Shown here one piece after another: positions 46,770 through 55,225 of a stretch of DNA of 64,000 nucleotides (positions are counted from its first letter, which is position 1; the number at the start of each line of letters is the position of its first letter). Source of the stretch: a virus. The notes beneath the pieces are model-generated. The model worked only from the letters and a program-made list of their open reading frames with translations, made no database searches and was not told where the DNA came from. The stretch lies in IMG/VR virus record IMGVR_UViG_3300048599_000816, positions 96,545 to 160,544 of that record, one strand, 5' to 3'. The translations under genes were made by a program, and so were the position numbers.

Positions 46770-46853
46770 TACCCAGAGAGAGACTCGAACTCTCAATTAC
46801 CTTTCGGTGCCAGATCCTAAGTCTGGTGTGTCTCCCAATTCCACCACCTGGGC
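46770..46853 (-). tRNA. tRNA-Leu(TAG), class II
   Basis: Same acceptor and D-arm as the Leu(CAA) tRNA, anticodon stem CCAGA/UCUGG with loop CUUAGGA, variable hairpin ACC-GAAA-GGU. Confidence 0.6.
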
Positions 46854-46861
46854 ATAAATAA

Positions 46862-46944
46862 CGGAGAGACGGGGATTCGAACCCCGAAATCCTTGCGGAC
46901 GCAAGTTTAGCAAACTTGTTACTTAACCATTAGTATATCTCTCC
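46862..46944 (-). tRNA. tRNA-Ser(GCT), class II
   Basis: Acceptor GGAGAGA/UCUCUCC, anticodon stem CAAGU/ACUUG with loop UUGCUAA, variable hairpin GUCC-GCAA-GGAU, T-arm CGGGG-UUCGAAU-CCCCG. Confidence 0.6.
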
Positions 46945-46951
46945 AAAAAAT

Positions 46952-47024
46952 CATAGATGGAGGGACTTGAACCCCCAACCGTTGGTTTTGGAGACCAGTG
47001 CTCTACCAATTGAGCTACATCTAT
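46952..47024 (-). tRNA. tRNA-Trp(CCA)
   Basis: Acceptor AUAGAUG/CAUCUAU, D-arm GCUC-AAUUGGUA-GAGC, anticodon stem CUGGU/ACCAA with loop CUCCAAA. Confidence 0.65.
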
Positions 47025-47032
47025 ATAATTCA

Positions 47033-47107
47033 TAGGTCCAGAGAGATTTGAACTCCCGACTTTCGGTTTGTAAGACCGACGCTCTATACCAACTGAGCTA
47101 TGGACCC
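47033..47107 (-). tRNA. tRNA-Val(TAC)
   Basis: Acceptor GGGUCCA/UGGACCU, D-arm GCUC-AGUUGGUAUA-GAGC, anticodon stem UCGGU/ACCGA with loop CUUACAA. Confidence 0.65.
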
Positions 47108-47122
47108 GTTAAATCATGCTTT

Positions 47123-47142
47123 CCAAAATTTCAAAGAGCAAC
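47123..47142 (-). promoter_or_regulatory. promoter-like motif (variant AAAATTTCAAAGAGC) upstream of tRNA-Val
   Basis: ccaaaatttcaaagagcaac, 16 nt from the tRNA 5' end. Confidence 0.4.
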
Positions 47143-47294
47143 TTTTCTTGGTGACTGATTTTTAAAAACTTCTTGAAGTTTCACATCAGCGTCATCAGAA
47201 ATATTTTTGTTTTGAATGATTACTTTTGCCTGCTCTCTAGCTTCAATATCATCTAAAGCTTTGAGAGGGATTTTTATAATTAACATATAATCAT

Positions 47295-48242
47295 TCATAT
47301 TCGTTTCCTAAAGTATTGTAATTCAGGGAAAAAGTCTTTCAACTTTCTCTTTGTATGTGTATGGCTTAAATTCATTTTTTTACTTAATAAAGTAAGCCAA
47401 CCAAACTTTGTAATATCTATGTTTCTTAATTCATTTTCAAATTTTTGCTTTTGCGAAATTAATTTGTCAAATCTTTCCTGCTTTATTTTTTTGCTATATT
47501 TTTCTCTTTCTATTATTTTCTTTTGTCTTTCTAAATAGCGATTAATTTGTAAATTTTTAAAATTTTCATCAATTAAAACTTGATCAACTTTATTTTCGTT
47601 TAAAGCATTTTGTAAAAAACAAATACAAGATTCAATATCGTTTCGTATATGTTTTGCTTTAAATCTTAAAACCTTCCATCCTTGTGATTTTGACCACTCA
47701 TCTCTTCTTTGATCTATTTTTTTTACATGTTCAAGTTCATGTGTATAACCATCAATCTCAACATCTATTTTTAATAATGGGAAAGCAAAATCATATTCAT
47801 AAATCCCACAATAATATTTTTGAATCCACCCAGTGATATTGTTTTTTTCTAAAGTTTCTCTAAAATATTTTTCTATCCAACTTTCTTTTGACGAATGATT
47901 TAACTTATAAGGAACTTTTTCAGGATGTTTGTTCAAATATTTAATTCTTGACTTTCTTATTTTATCTTTAGTTTTTTCAGATAATTTTACAGGATGCAAT
48001 TTTGCATATAATTTTATTGAATCAGAGCGTGTTCTTTTTACATCTCTCATTATGAAACAAGCAGTTGTTTGTGCACATCCTAAAAGCTTTGATATTTTTG
48101 ATAAAGAAAGTATTCCTTCAAGATATGCTTCTTTTAATTGACTTATTTTTTCTTCAGTTAAACTACAACTTTCCTCATGTTTATTTAAGTTTTTTTCAAG
48201 TTTAAAAACTCTACCACATTTCGAACAATGACTTTTTGTCAT
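47295..48242 (-). CDS. free-standing homing-endonuclease-like protein (Zn finger, HTH, DUF559/Vsr-like nuclease)
   Basis: CSKCGRVFKLEKNLNKHEESC; YEYDFAFPLLKIDVEIDGYTHE...GWKVLRFKAKHI. Lies between tRNA-Val and tRNA-Lys. Confidence 0.6.
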   Translation of the reverse strand: MTKSHCSKCGRVFKLEKNLNKHEESCSLTEEKISQLKEAYLEGILSLSKISKLLGCAQTTACFIMRDVKRTRSDSIKLYAKLHPVKLSEKTKDKIRKSRIKYLNKHPEKVPYKLNHSSKESWIEKYFRETLEKNNITGWIQKYYCGIYEYDFAFPLLKIDVEIDGYTHELEHVKKIDQRRDEWSKSQGWKVLRFKAKHIRNDIESCICFLQNALNENKVDQVLIDENFKNLQINRYLERQKKIIEREKYSKKIKQERFDKLISQKQKFENELRNIDITKFGWLTLLSKKMNLSHTHTKRKLKDFFPELQYFRKRI

Positions 48243-48303
48243 TTCGAACTCCTTTATAAAACTTTATTCATAAGAATGATGTTTTATAAAGGCTATAAAA
48301 AAA

Positions 48304-48376
48304 TGAGACTGGAGAGTCTCGAACTCTCGACTCCGATCTTAAAAGGATCGTACTCTTCCAACTGAGTTACAGTCCC
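48304..48376 (-). tRNA. tRNA-Lys(TTT)
   Basis: Acceptor GGGACUG/CAGUCUC, D-arm ACUC-AGUUGGAA-GAGU, anticodon stem CGAUC/GAUCG with loop CUUUUAA. Confidence 0.65.
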
Positions 48377-48383
48377 GTAAAAA

Positions 48384-48455
48384 TGGCTGCTGTCAGAATT
48401 GAACTGACCTCTACAGATTTTCAGTCTGTTGCTAATCCGTCTCAGCTAAACAGCC
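48384..48455 (-). tRNA. tRNA-Phe(GAA)
   Basis: Acceptor GGCUGUU/AGCAGCC, anticodon stem ACAGA/UCUGU with loop CUGAAAA, T-arm GUCAG-UUCAAUU-CUGAC. Confidence 0.6.
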
Positions 48456-48467
48456 AAAATTTCTAAG

Positions 48468-48539
48468 TACCCCAAGAAGGATTTGAACCTTCAACCTTTT
48501 GCTTAAGAGGCAAATACTCTGCCATTGAGTTATTGAGGC
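48468..48539 (-). tRNA. tRNA-Lys(CTT)
   Basis: Acceptor GCCUCAA/UUGGGGU, anticodon stem UUUGC/GCAAA with loop CUCUUAA, T-arm GAAGG-UUCAAAU-CCUUC. Confidence 0.6.
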
Positions 48540-48549
48540 ATAAAGTAAA

Positions 48550-48636
48550 TGGGCCGTGATGGACTCGAACCACCGAAAACGGAATTAACCGTGTCTGATC
48601 TACAGTCAGGTGCAATTGCCACTCTGCCAACGACCC
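48550..48636 (-). tRNA. tRNA-Tyr(GTA), bacterial class II type
   Basis: Acceptor GGGUCGU/ACGGCCC, anticodon loop CUGUAGA, long variable hairpin ACGG-UUAAUU-CCGU, T-loop UUCGAGU. Confidence 0.55.
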
Positions 48637-48653
48637 AAAATTTCAAATAACGC
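48634..48653 (-). promoter_or_regulatory. promoter-like motif variant upstream of tRNA-Tyr
   Basis: cccaaaatttcaaataacgc. Confidence 0.35.
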
Positions 48654-48654
48654 T

Positions 48655-48940
48655 AAAACAAAAAAGCTCCACCTTTTTGAGGTGGAGCTTTTTAAGTTTT
48701 TTTATTTTATAAATTACTTAGTTTCGCTCCACCTCGTGTCTCTTTTTAAAATAGAGAGACATTGGTAAACATGACAGATAACTATATACTGAGCATAGTA
48801 TATTTTTTTGCCATGTTTTAAGTGAAGTTAGACGAATCATAAATATTCCTTAGTTGTTCTGTTCACTCAATTGAGTGTAACATTCTTAATATAAAACATT
48901 ATTTTTCAAGTGTACAGGTTTTTTTATTTTAATTGTCAAT
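48655..48940. repeat. noncoding repeat module, copy 1 (terminator hairpin plus about 250 nt conserved blocks)
   Basis: Begins with hairpin gctccacc-tttttga-ggtggagc followed by a T-run. Shares blocks tattttataa.ttactta, tcacct.gtgtctc, ttgccatgtttt.a.tgaagtta, gaatcataa and caagtgtacaggttttttta with 51295..51560. Confidence 0.5.
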
Positions 48941-48942
48941 TT

Positions 48943-49077
48943 TCAGTCGGGTGGTGTCCTTTTATGAGGTTTAACAGGTACAGTCTTAGGTCCTGGTTTT
49001 GATGTTGTTCTTTGACTTGGCGTTGAACTTGGTGTCGATCTTCTATGCGGTTTAACTGTAACTGTTTTTGCTCCCAT
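48943..49077 (-). CDS. small basic protein with KTVTVKPH / KTVPVKPH repeat (below the ORF-track size cut-off)
   Basis: ATG preceded by a GTAGGAGAGTAAAA-type RBS; translation MGAKTVTVKPHRRSTPSS...KTVPVKPHKRTPPD. Confidence 0.3.
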   Translation of the reverse strand: MGAKTVTVKPHRRSTPSSTPSQRTTSKPGPKTVPVKPHKRTPPD

Positions 49078-49238
49078 TTTTACTCTCCTACTTCAGTTTT
49101 TGTTTATTTCATATCTTATTTATATATAATTTTGTCAGACAACTCATTTTTTGTTTTTCTTGAGACATATAAATTATATATTTCATTATATATTTCATTA
49201 TATATTTCTTAAAAACCTTTAATGTAAAGAAAATCTTC

Positions 49239-49469
49239 ATGAATACAAGAAACAAAATTTTTTGTGCAGCTGTAGCATCTAGCGTGATAATACCAATAAT
49301 TGGGTTTAGTCAAACTGACTATAAAGTTGATGACGACATCAATGAAATAAAGTATTTTCCTTTGCAAAATACAAATGCAACAATGCTTACATCTGGTTGT
49401 ACAGGTATGATTGCAGATTCAAGTATATTTAGAGAATATTTTTCATTACAAGAATTGAAAGACATGTGA
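49239..49469 (+). CDS. small secreted protein
   Basis: Signal peptide MNTRNKIFCAAVASSVIIPIIGFSQ. Confidence 0.3.
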   Translation: MNTRNKIFCAAVASSVIIPIIGFSQTDYKVDDDINEIKYFPLQNTNATMLTSGCTGMIADSSIFREYFSLQELKDM

Positions 49470-49486
49470 AAAATTGAATATATCTA

Positions 49487-49741
49487 TTATTGTTTTTCTA
49501 AAAGTTTCATCAATTTTTCGACAATGTCATTTGACAAAACATGTTCTACAGCTAAATCTCCTGCCATATCGAGAATACCAGTAACATCACCTGATAGGTC
49601 CTGAGTTTTCCCATCAGTTGTGGGAACTGTAACAACAAAATATCCAGGTTTTCTAGACTTTTGTATTAGAATTTCATTAGATGATGCTTCTACAATCGAA
49701 TCAAGAAATGACGACTCATTTGATCTTGCTATTTTTTGCAT
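49487..49741 (-). CDS. hypothetical protein, MQKIARxNES family (paralogue of 54493..54999)
   Basis: N-terminus MQKIARSNESSFLDSIVEASSNE versus MQKIARPNESALLESILTQASKDN. Confidence 0.3.
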   Translation of the reverse strand: MQKIARSNESSFLDSIVEASSNEILIQKSRKPGYFVVTVPTTDGKTQDLSGDVTGILDMAGDLAVEHVLSNDIVEKLMKLLEKQ

Positions 49742-49826
49742 TTTTATTCCTTTCAGTACACTTCTATTTTAAAATCGAAAGATTTTTAGAATTTACCATA
49801 TATAAAATATAAAAGGATTTCAAATT

Positions 49827-50222
49827 ATGAAACAAATAATGCAAACTGCTTTTTCTGATGAAGATAAGAAAATTAGAGGCAATTGCTTTTGGGCAGCAAT
49901 ATCTTCTGTTACAGAAATACCCCTTGAGTTATTTAAAGACTTTCAGTACATGTCTGATGGTACTTGGTTTCCACCTTTATGGGATATATTGACAAAAAAT
50001 GGCTTTACATATCACGGTATGATTAGAGATAAAGAAAAAATACTAAATTATACTATAGGAGTAGATGGTTATTATGTTGTGACAGGTGGATCCCCAAGAG
50101 GTTTTAAAAGTAGTCATGCAGTAGTTTTTAAAGATGGAAAAATGGTGCATGACCCTCATCCAGAAGGCACTGGAATTACTTCTATTGATCATGCATACAT
50201 GATAGAAAGAATAGAAAAATAG
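49827..50222 (+). CDS. hypothetical protein, possible papain-like Cys peptidase/amidase fold
   Basis: Candidate Cys (GNCFWAAIS), His (SHAVVF) and Asp (HDPHP) triad. Weak. Confidence 0.25.
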   Translation: MKQIMQTAFSDEDKKIRGNCFWAAISSVTEIPLELFKDFQYMSDGTWFPPLWDILTKNGFTYHGMIRDKEKILNYTIGVDGYYVVTGGSPRGFKSSHAVVFKDGKMVHDPHPEGTGITSIDHAYMIERIEK

Positions 50223-50295
50223 CGGGGGCTGGATTTGAACCAGCGATCGGAAGTTTATGAGACTTCCCAGTTAACCTGACTACTAGTACCCCGCA
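50220..50295 (-). tRNA. tRNA-Met(CAT), second copy, with 1:72 mismatch
   Basis: T-arm GCUGG-UUCAAAU-CCAGC, anticodon stem GAAGU/ACUUC with loop CUCAUAA; acceptor UGCGGGG/CCCCGCU has a U1-U72 mismatch. Overlaps the 3' end of the downstream endonuclease ORF. Confidence 0.5.
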
Positions 50296-51181
50296 ATTTC
50301 AAATTTTCAATCAAAACTTTTATACATTCATTAACATTGTTTTTCACTTGTGTTGCTGTAAAACGCAATACTTCCCAACCATTTTGTTTTGACCATTCAT
50401 CACGTTTCTTATCTTTCTTTTTAACAATATCAAGTTCATGAGTTTTACCATCTATTTCAACATCAATTTTTTCTTTAACAAAAGCAATATCATATTCATA
50501 AATTCCAATTCGATATCTAGATTGCCAATTTTCAATATTATGTTCAATTAAAGCTTTTTTAAATAATTCTTCTACATAAGATTTTTTTGAACTGTGATAC
50601 AATCTGTATGGAAGTTTTTCAGGATGTTCATTTAAAAATTTCAAACGATTTTCAGAAATTTTCAGTCTTGTTTGTTCTGAAAAAACAATTTTTCTTTTTT
50701 TATTTTTTAAAACATCTTGAATAATTTTTTTTCCGTACAATTTTCTAAGTTCATTTTTTTCTATTCCTGACTCCCATTTGCTTGTTATAATAGAAGTAAT
50801 GTCTAGATTGTTTTTAATTATATAAATAGCACAACTTTTTTTATGTTTTGCAAAATTACCTGCGTTAAACATTTTTCCACACGCGCACTGAACATCTTTA
50901 GAAAAAACTTTAAAACTTGTGACTTTCTTTCTTTTTGGATTTGTATGTGAACATTTTTGACTTTCACTTGTAGTTCGTTTTTTCACATTTCTAAGTGCAT
51001 AAACAATTTCTGTTTTCGACAACCTCGTTTCTTGCATAATTTCATGAATTGACATGCCTTTAACATATTTCTCAATAATATTTTGACAATCATGAAAAAA
51101 CAAATTGCAACCAGATACGTGTTGCGTACATCCAGATTTTGTTGAAAACTCTCTTTTACATTTTTTGCAAAAATAACTCAT
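50255..51181 (-). CDS. free-standing homing-endonuclease-like protein (Zn finger, HTH, DUF559/Vsr-like nuclease)
   Basis: Trimmed to MSYFCKKCKREF; the upstream part of the ORF-track ORF (GGSRLVGLRPRP) is tRNA-His translated. YEYDIAFVKEKIDVEIDGKTHE...GWEVLRFTATQV. Confidence 0.6.
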   Translation of the reverse strand: MSYFCKKCKREFSTKSGCTQHVSGCNLFFHDCQNIIEKYVKGMSIHEIMQETRLSKTEIVYALRNVKKRTTSESQKCSHTNPKRKKVTSFKVFSKDVQCACGKMFNAGNFAKHKKSCAIYIIKNNLDITSIITSKWESGIEKNELRKLYGKKIIQDVLKNKKRKIVFSEQTRLKISENRLKFLNEHPEKLPYRLYHSSKKSYVEELFKKALIEHNIENWQSRYRIGIYEYDIAFVKEKIDVEIDGKTHELDIVKKKDKKRDEWSKQNGWEVLRFTATQVKNNVNECIKVLIENLKLRGTSSQVNWEVS

Positions 51182-51198
51182 ATTTTTATATTTTAAAA

Positions 51199-51277
51199 TG
51201 GGGTGGTAGAGCAGATTTGAACTGCCGATCACCGACTTCACAGGTCGGGGTCTTAGACCAACTAAACGACTACCACC
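51199..51277 (-). tRNA. tRNA-His(GTG) with genomically encoded G-1 and 3' CCA
   Basis: G-1 plus acceptor GUGGUAG/CUACCAC, discriminator C73, CCA present in the DNA. Anticodon stem CCGAC/GUCGG with loop CUGUGAA. Confidence 0.6.
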
Positions 51278-51298
51278 ATAAATTTTCAAAGAACTCTC
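51278..51298 (-). promoter_or_regulatory. promoter-like motif upstream of tRNA-His
   Basis: ataaattttcaaagaactctc, directly abutting the tRNA 5' end. Confidence 0.45.
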
Positions 51299-51560
51299 TA
51301 AAACAAAAAACTCCATCTTCTTTTTGAAGGTGGAGTTTTGTAAGTTTTCGTATTTTATAAGTTACTTAACTGAACTTCACCTTGTGTCTCAAGCATGACT
51401 GATGACTATGGATCATATGATGAACCATACTTATTTGCCATGTTTTTAATGAAGTTATTTGAATCATAATCCTTTGTCTTTGTGAATTACCTGTTTAAAT
51501 ATAACAAATTTTGCGTCAAGTGTACAGGTTTTTTTACATTAAAAAATTCTGGGTTTTGTC
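51295..51560. repeat. noncoding repeat module, copy 2
   Basis: Hairpin ctccatcttc-ttttt-gaaggtggag with T-run, then the same conserved blocks as 48655..48940. Again sits between an upstream minus-strand gene and a tRNA. Confidence 0.5.
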
Positions 51561-51565
51561 TCATG

Positions 51566-52249
51566 TCATCTAATACAAGAGTTTTGTCTTTCTTTCGCTA
51601 TGCTTATCAAATTTTGTCTTAAATTAGTCAATTGTTCAATTCCCAAAATATTTTGTAATGTTTTCATGATCTTTGAAACTGCAACATCAGGATCTACTTT
51701 GATATCATTTGATGCTATTCCAAAGATATTCTGAAAAACTTTAAACATTTCTTCTGCTGCACCAGCATCATTTGCACCACTTGGATCATGGTCATAAAAT
51801 TGAGCTTGAGCACCTATTTTTCTAATACTTGCTTCAAATTTTTCAAGGATTTCAGCAACATTATTAGTCAACCAAATACAATACTTATTTCTTACTTCAA
51901 GTAATTCATAAGATAAAGTCAAACATGTTTTTGAAGGTCCCTCTTTTATAAGTGTTTTAATAGTTTTTAACAATTGTGTTTTATACTCTTCACAGAATTC
52001 AATTTGATGATCAAAAATAACATCAGCCATGTGTGTTGTCATAGCTAAATGAAAGTTTTGCTGATCATGTTGTTCTATCATCTTTTTTTGATGTTTCATT
52101 TCGTCTTGAAAAATTTTATATAAAATTGCTAGTAGACCAAGTATACCTGGTGAACTATAAAAATATCTTAAAGCGTCTTCAGAAGGCAATGCAAAAGTCA
52201 AACAAATTGTTAATACTATTACACTAAATAGCATAATATAAATTTTCAT
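51566..52249 (-). CDS. hypothetical membrane-anchored protein
   Basis: N-terminal hydrophobic segment IYIMLFSVIVLTICLTFAL. Confidence 0.3.
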   Translation of the reverse strand: MKIYIMLFSVIVLTICLTFALPSEDALRYFYSSPGILGLLAILYKIFQDEMKHQKKMIEQHDQQNFHLAMTTHMADVIFDHQIEFCEEYKTQLLKTIKTLIKEGPSKTCLTLSYELLEVRNKYCIWLTNNVAEILEKFEASIRKIGAQAQFYDHDPSGANDAGAAEEMFKVFQNIFGIASNDIKVDPDVAVSKIMKTLQNILGIEQLTNLRQNLISIAKERQNSCIR

Positions 52250-52284
52250 TTTTCTCTCCTACCTATTGTCACATGTTTAGAATT

Positions 52285-52782
52285 TCACTCTTTCAGTGCT
52301 GTTTTTGCAATACCTCTCATAGTATCATCAAATATGTCTTCAGTATATATTTTTCTTAAAGCAACTTTCATCTTCTCGTTCTCAGTCTTTAACTTGTCAT
52401 ATTCTGTCTGACTTGTTTTATCGAGATTTTCAAAAGCGTATCCTAATGCTTCTGTAAAAGAACACCCACCATTGTAATATTGAAGGACAAAATCAATAGA
52501 ACCATCTTGTTGACGTGTTGCTTCAAAGATATCATCACCATCATAATTCTTGATCTGAATTATTTCATAAATGACTTTATCAAGCATTGCTCCATGTTCT
52601 TTGTAAAATATTTCACAAAACATTTCTTCGACATCATCATCAGAAAGTTGTTTTCCTTTATAACGCGACGGAATGCTTTGTTTTTTCTCTTTGACAAACC
52701 GTTCAACATAAGCTTGAAATGTTTCATTGGGAATTCTTACAAATTCTTTAAGTTTACCTTTTAAAGTTTCAGTCTCACTCAT
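52285..52782 (-). CDS. hypothetical protein
   Basis: ORF track. Confidence 0.3.
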   Translation of the reverse strand: MSETETLKGKLKEFVRIPNETFQAYVERFVKEKKQSIPSRYKGKQLSDDDVEEMFCEIFYKEHGAMLDKVIYEIIQIKNYDGDDIFEATRQQDGSIDFVLQYYNGGCSFTEALGYAFENLDKTSQTEYDKLKTENEKMKVALRKIYTEDIFDDTMRGIAKTALKE

Positions 52783-52973
52783 GGTTCAAACCCGGGTCTA
52801 AGTTTGTAGTCGTCTTTTACGACTTTCCAGAAACGAGGTGCATTGTCGCCAGAACATTCTAGATTAATAGTTTCACAAATTTTTTGTGCAGTTCTTTGCG
52901 ACAAAAGAGGAAGATTGACGAATTTTTCGTCAGGATAGTCACCATCAAAATTATCTGTTTCAACGATTTTCAT
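52779..52973 (-). CDS. hypothetical small protein
   Basis: ORF track. Confidence 0.25.
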   Translation of the reverse strand: MKIVETDNFDGDYPDEKFVNLPLLSQRTAQKICETINLECSGDNAPRFWKVVKDDYKLRPGFEP

Positions 52974-53184
52974 GATTTTTTATATATCTTTACAAACCAA
53001 TAAAAACAAGTTTTAGTCATTAATCCTCCAACATTGTTAGCTAGATGCCGACTAGTTTACATCAAAAGAGCACTATAGTTTCCTATAATGCTCTTTCACA
53101 AATATGCTAGCGAGTGTAGTAGTAACTCAATTGATAAAACTATGGTCAATGAGGAAACATAAGTATAAGTAAAACTGTCTCTTC

Positions 53185-53394
53185 CTATTCAGCTTTACCG
53201 CCACCACAACTATGCATGGCATCACATGATTTACGAGTTTTTTGTGTTGTTACATTTTCTGTATTTGTAAACACTTCCCAGCCAGAGTCATTTGTACTCG
53301 TAATTAATACACCACAATGAATACAAAATTCTTCTAAATTCGATTGAATCGGCTCTACCGAGCCAAACGATGTTGTTCCCAAGGTTTCATGCAT
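53185..53394 (-). CDS. hypothetical small Cys-containing protein
   Basis: ORF track. Confidence 0.25.
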   Translation of the reverse strand: MHETLGTTSFGSVEPIQSNLEEFCIHCGVLITSTNDSGWEVFTNTENVTTQKTRKSCDAMHSCGGGKAE

Positions 53395-53422
53395 AGTATT
53401 CCATCAGTTGATAAGTCTAGAG

Positions 53423-53899
53423 TTATTTTCGCAATACTTCTTTTATAATCTTCTCAGAATCCACTTTTTGTTTGAAGCCCTGAGGTGTAATTGTAATACC
53501 AAGAGTTTTTTCAACTTCCTTTTTGTCCCTTGCTTGCATAGTTTCATGATCCTGAAATTCCCAAGTTACTTTTCCAAGAGACTTAGCATCTCCCATACTG
53601 AATTCTGAAATGACATCAGATTTGTATTCTTCAGGGAAATCATTACCCCATGCAACTTTCCACTCATTAGAGCCATTCTCCATGATTCTTCCACGAGGCA
53701 GACCTCGATAATTATCTTCAATGACATCGACTGTCTTGCCTTTGAATCTTCGACGAAGAAGATTGACAATAGAGTCCCATAACATTAAATGAACGGCTTC
53801 ATCACCTTCCTCAGAATAAATAGTATACTTTCCTGACTTGGGATCAGGTACCATATAAAATACACCGAGTTTTGGTGGTTCAAATGCTTTCTTTTCCAT
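53423..53899 (-). CDS. hypothetical protein
   Basis: ORF track. Confidence 0.3.
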   Translation of the reverse strand: MEKKAFEPPKLGVFYMVPDPKSGKYTIYSEEGDEAVHLMLWDSIVNLLRRRFKGKTVDVIEDNYRGLPRGRIMENGSNEWKVAWGNDFPEEYKSDVISEFSMGDAKSLGKVTWEFQDHETMQARDKKEVEKTLGITITPQGFKQKVDSEKIIKEVLRK

Positions 53900-53910
53900 T
53901 TCAACCTCGA

Positions 53911-54105
53911 TTATTTTTTAGGAAGAACTTTCAATGTTGCAGTTGCTTGCTGAAGATTTTTGATGCACTTTTTTACGATTTTAAGTAATTCGCCATCACC
54001 ACATGATGAACAAAAAGGCATATCATTAATCTTCACAGTTGCGTTTTTATCACAAAAACAACAAATTTCACCTGATTCTTCTTTTACTTTTTCAACAACA
54101 ATCAT
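53911..54105 (-). CDS. hypothetical Zn-ribbon protein
   Basis: CCFCDKN...CSSCGDG. Confidence 0.3.
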   Translation of the reverse strand: MIVVEKVKEESGEICCFCDKNATVKINDMPFCSSCGDGELLKIVKKCIKNLQQATATLKVLPKK

Positions 54106-54151
54106 AATATTACTCCTTATAAAAGGTATTTAATATATCGAATCGTTTAAT

Positions 54152-54439
54152 TTATTCTGCCACAATTTCTATAGTGTGATGTCTTGTGTGAAACGAACTT
54201 AACTCGTTAGACTCTAAACACTCTTTCATAGTTTGAAAGGATCCAACTGTTGTATTAAAATCATCGATTCCATACCAACAAAAAGCTCCAGCTTCCTTTT
54301 GTCGGGAACTTACTTTAGTGCTTACAAGATCTCCCTTAAAACTTATTCCGAGGACTTCTTTGCACTTTTGTTTTAATTTTTCAGATTTTTTTGTTTTCAT
54401 TTTTATGTTATATCGTTTGTTATAACTTAAAACTGCCAA
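54152..54439 (-). CDS. hypothetical protein
   Basis: ORF track. Confidence 0.3.
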   Translation of the reverse strand: MAVLSYNKRYNIKMKTKKSEKLKQKCKEVLGISFKGDLVSTKVSSRQKEAGAFCWYGIDDFNTTVGSFQTMKECLESNELSSFHTRHHTIEIVAE

Positions 54440-54448
54440 AATACAAAA

Positions 54449-54470
54449 AAGGAGTTCAAACGAACTCCTT
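54449..54470 (-). terminator. rho-independent terminator
   Basis: aaggagttc-aaac-gaactcctt with a minus-strand T-run (rc of atacaaaaaa). Confidence 0.5.
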
Positions 54471-54492
54471 CAAGAACTATCTTAATGCTTAA

Positions 54493-54999
54493 TTAATAGA
54501 CTTTGCCCAAATATTTAGGTTTATGCTCTTTATTGATAAATGCATCTACTTCTCTATCAATCTTGTTTAGTTCTTGTTGTTTTAATAATTTAGAAATTTC
54601 GATATCACTATCACTGTAAAAAACTTTGTATTTTTCAGCTTTAAAACGTGTATATTCTTTACCAGAACCATCCACATCAGAGTCGAGAAACGTATCAATA
54701 TCATCTATTGTGACAGGTACTTCTACTTCTTCAACAGATCCTTCTTTTAAATCTTTAATGATGCTAAAAAAATGATCAAATAACTGATCATTATCATACT
54801 TTTCATTCGTAGATTTGAAATCAATCTCTTTGTCTTCTTGTTTCACTATATCAAAAATTTTATGATCACCAAGGTAGATAGCATTATTTTTGTAAGTGAA
54901 TGGAACTTTTATGTTTTCAACTTCAAGATTATCTTTTGATGCTTGAGTTAAAATACTTTCAAGTAAAGCTGATTCATTTGGCCTTGCTATTTTTTGCAT
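54493..54999 (-). CDS. hypothetical protein, MQKIARxNES family
   Basis: N-terminal paralogy with 49487..49741. Confidence 0.3.
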   Translation of the reverse strand: MQKIARPNESALLESILTQASKDNLEVENIKVPFTYKNNAIYLGDHKIFDIVKQEDKEIDFKSTNEKYDNDQLFDHFFSIIKDLKEGSVEEVEVPVTIDDIDTFLDSDVDGSGKEYTRFKAEKYKVFYSDSDIEISKLLKQQELNKIDREVDAFINKEHKPKYLGKVY

Positions 55000-55009
55000 A
55001 ATTCTCCCA

Positions 55010-55225
55010 TTAATCTATATCGATTTTGCTCCAAGCATCTTCAATATCTTTGACAGTTTGTTCTAAATCGTTTCCACTCCTAAAAGAACCCGATAAATTA
55101 ATTTCAAATCCTTGTTTGTCTTTTGTTTCTTTAAGTGTACAAACAACACCTGGACCTAAATCAAATCTTTTACTTGCAGCTTCTTTTTCAAAAATAGCAG
55201 ATGCAATTTTCGCTACTTTACTCAC
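55010..55225 (-). CDS. hypothetical small protein
   Basis: ORF track. Confidence 0.25.
   Translation of the reverse strand: MSKVAKIASAIFEKEAASKRFDLGPGVVCTLKETKDKQGFEINLSGSFRSGNDLEQTVKDIEDAWSKIDID

Noticed and set aside
49177-49212. Short tandem direct repeats (atttcattatat)x2-3 upstream of 49239..49469.
   Set aside because: AT-rich low-complexity promoter region. Too short and too few units to call a CRISPR or a structured repeat. No CRISPR arrays were seen anywhere in the window.
52779-52800. ggttcaaacccgggtc resembling a tRNA T-arm.
   Set aside because: It has no 5-bp stem flanking a 7-nt loop, no acceptor or anticodon arms nearby, and lies at a coding start junction.
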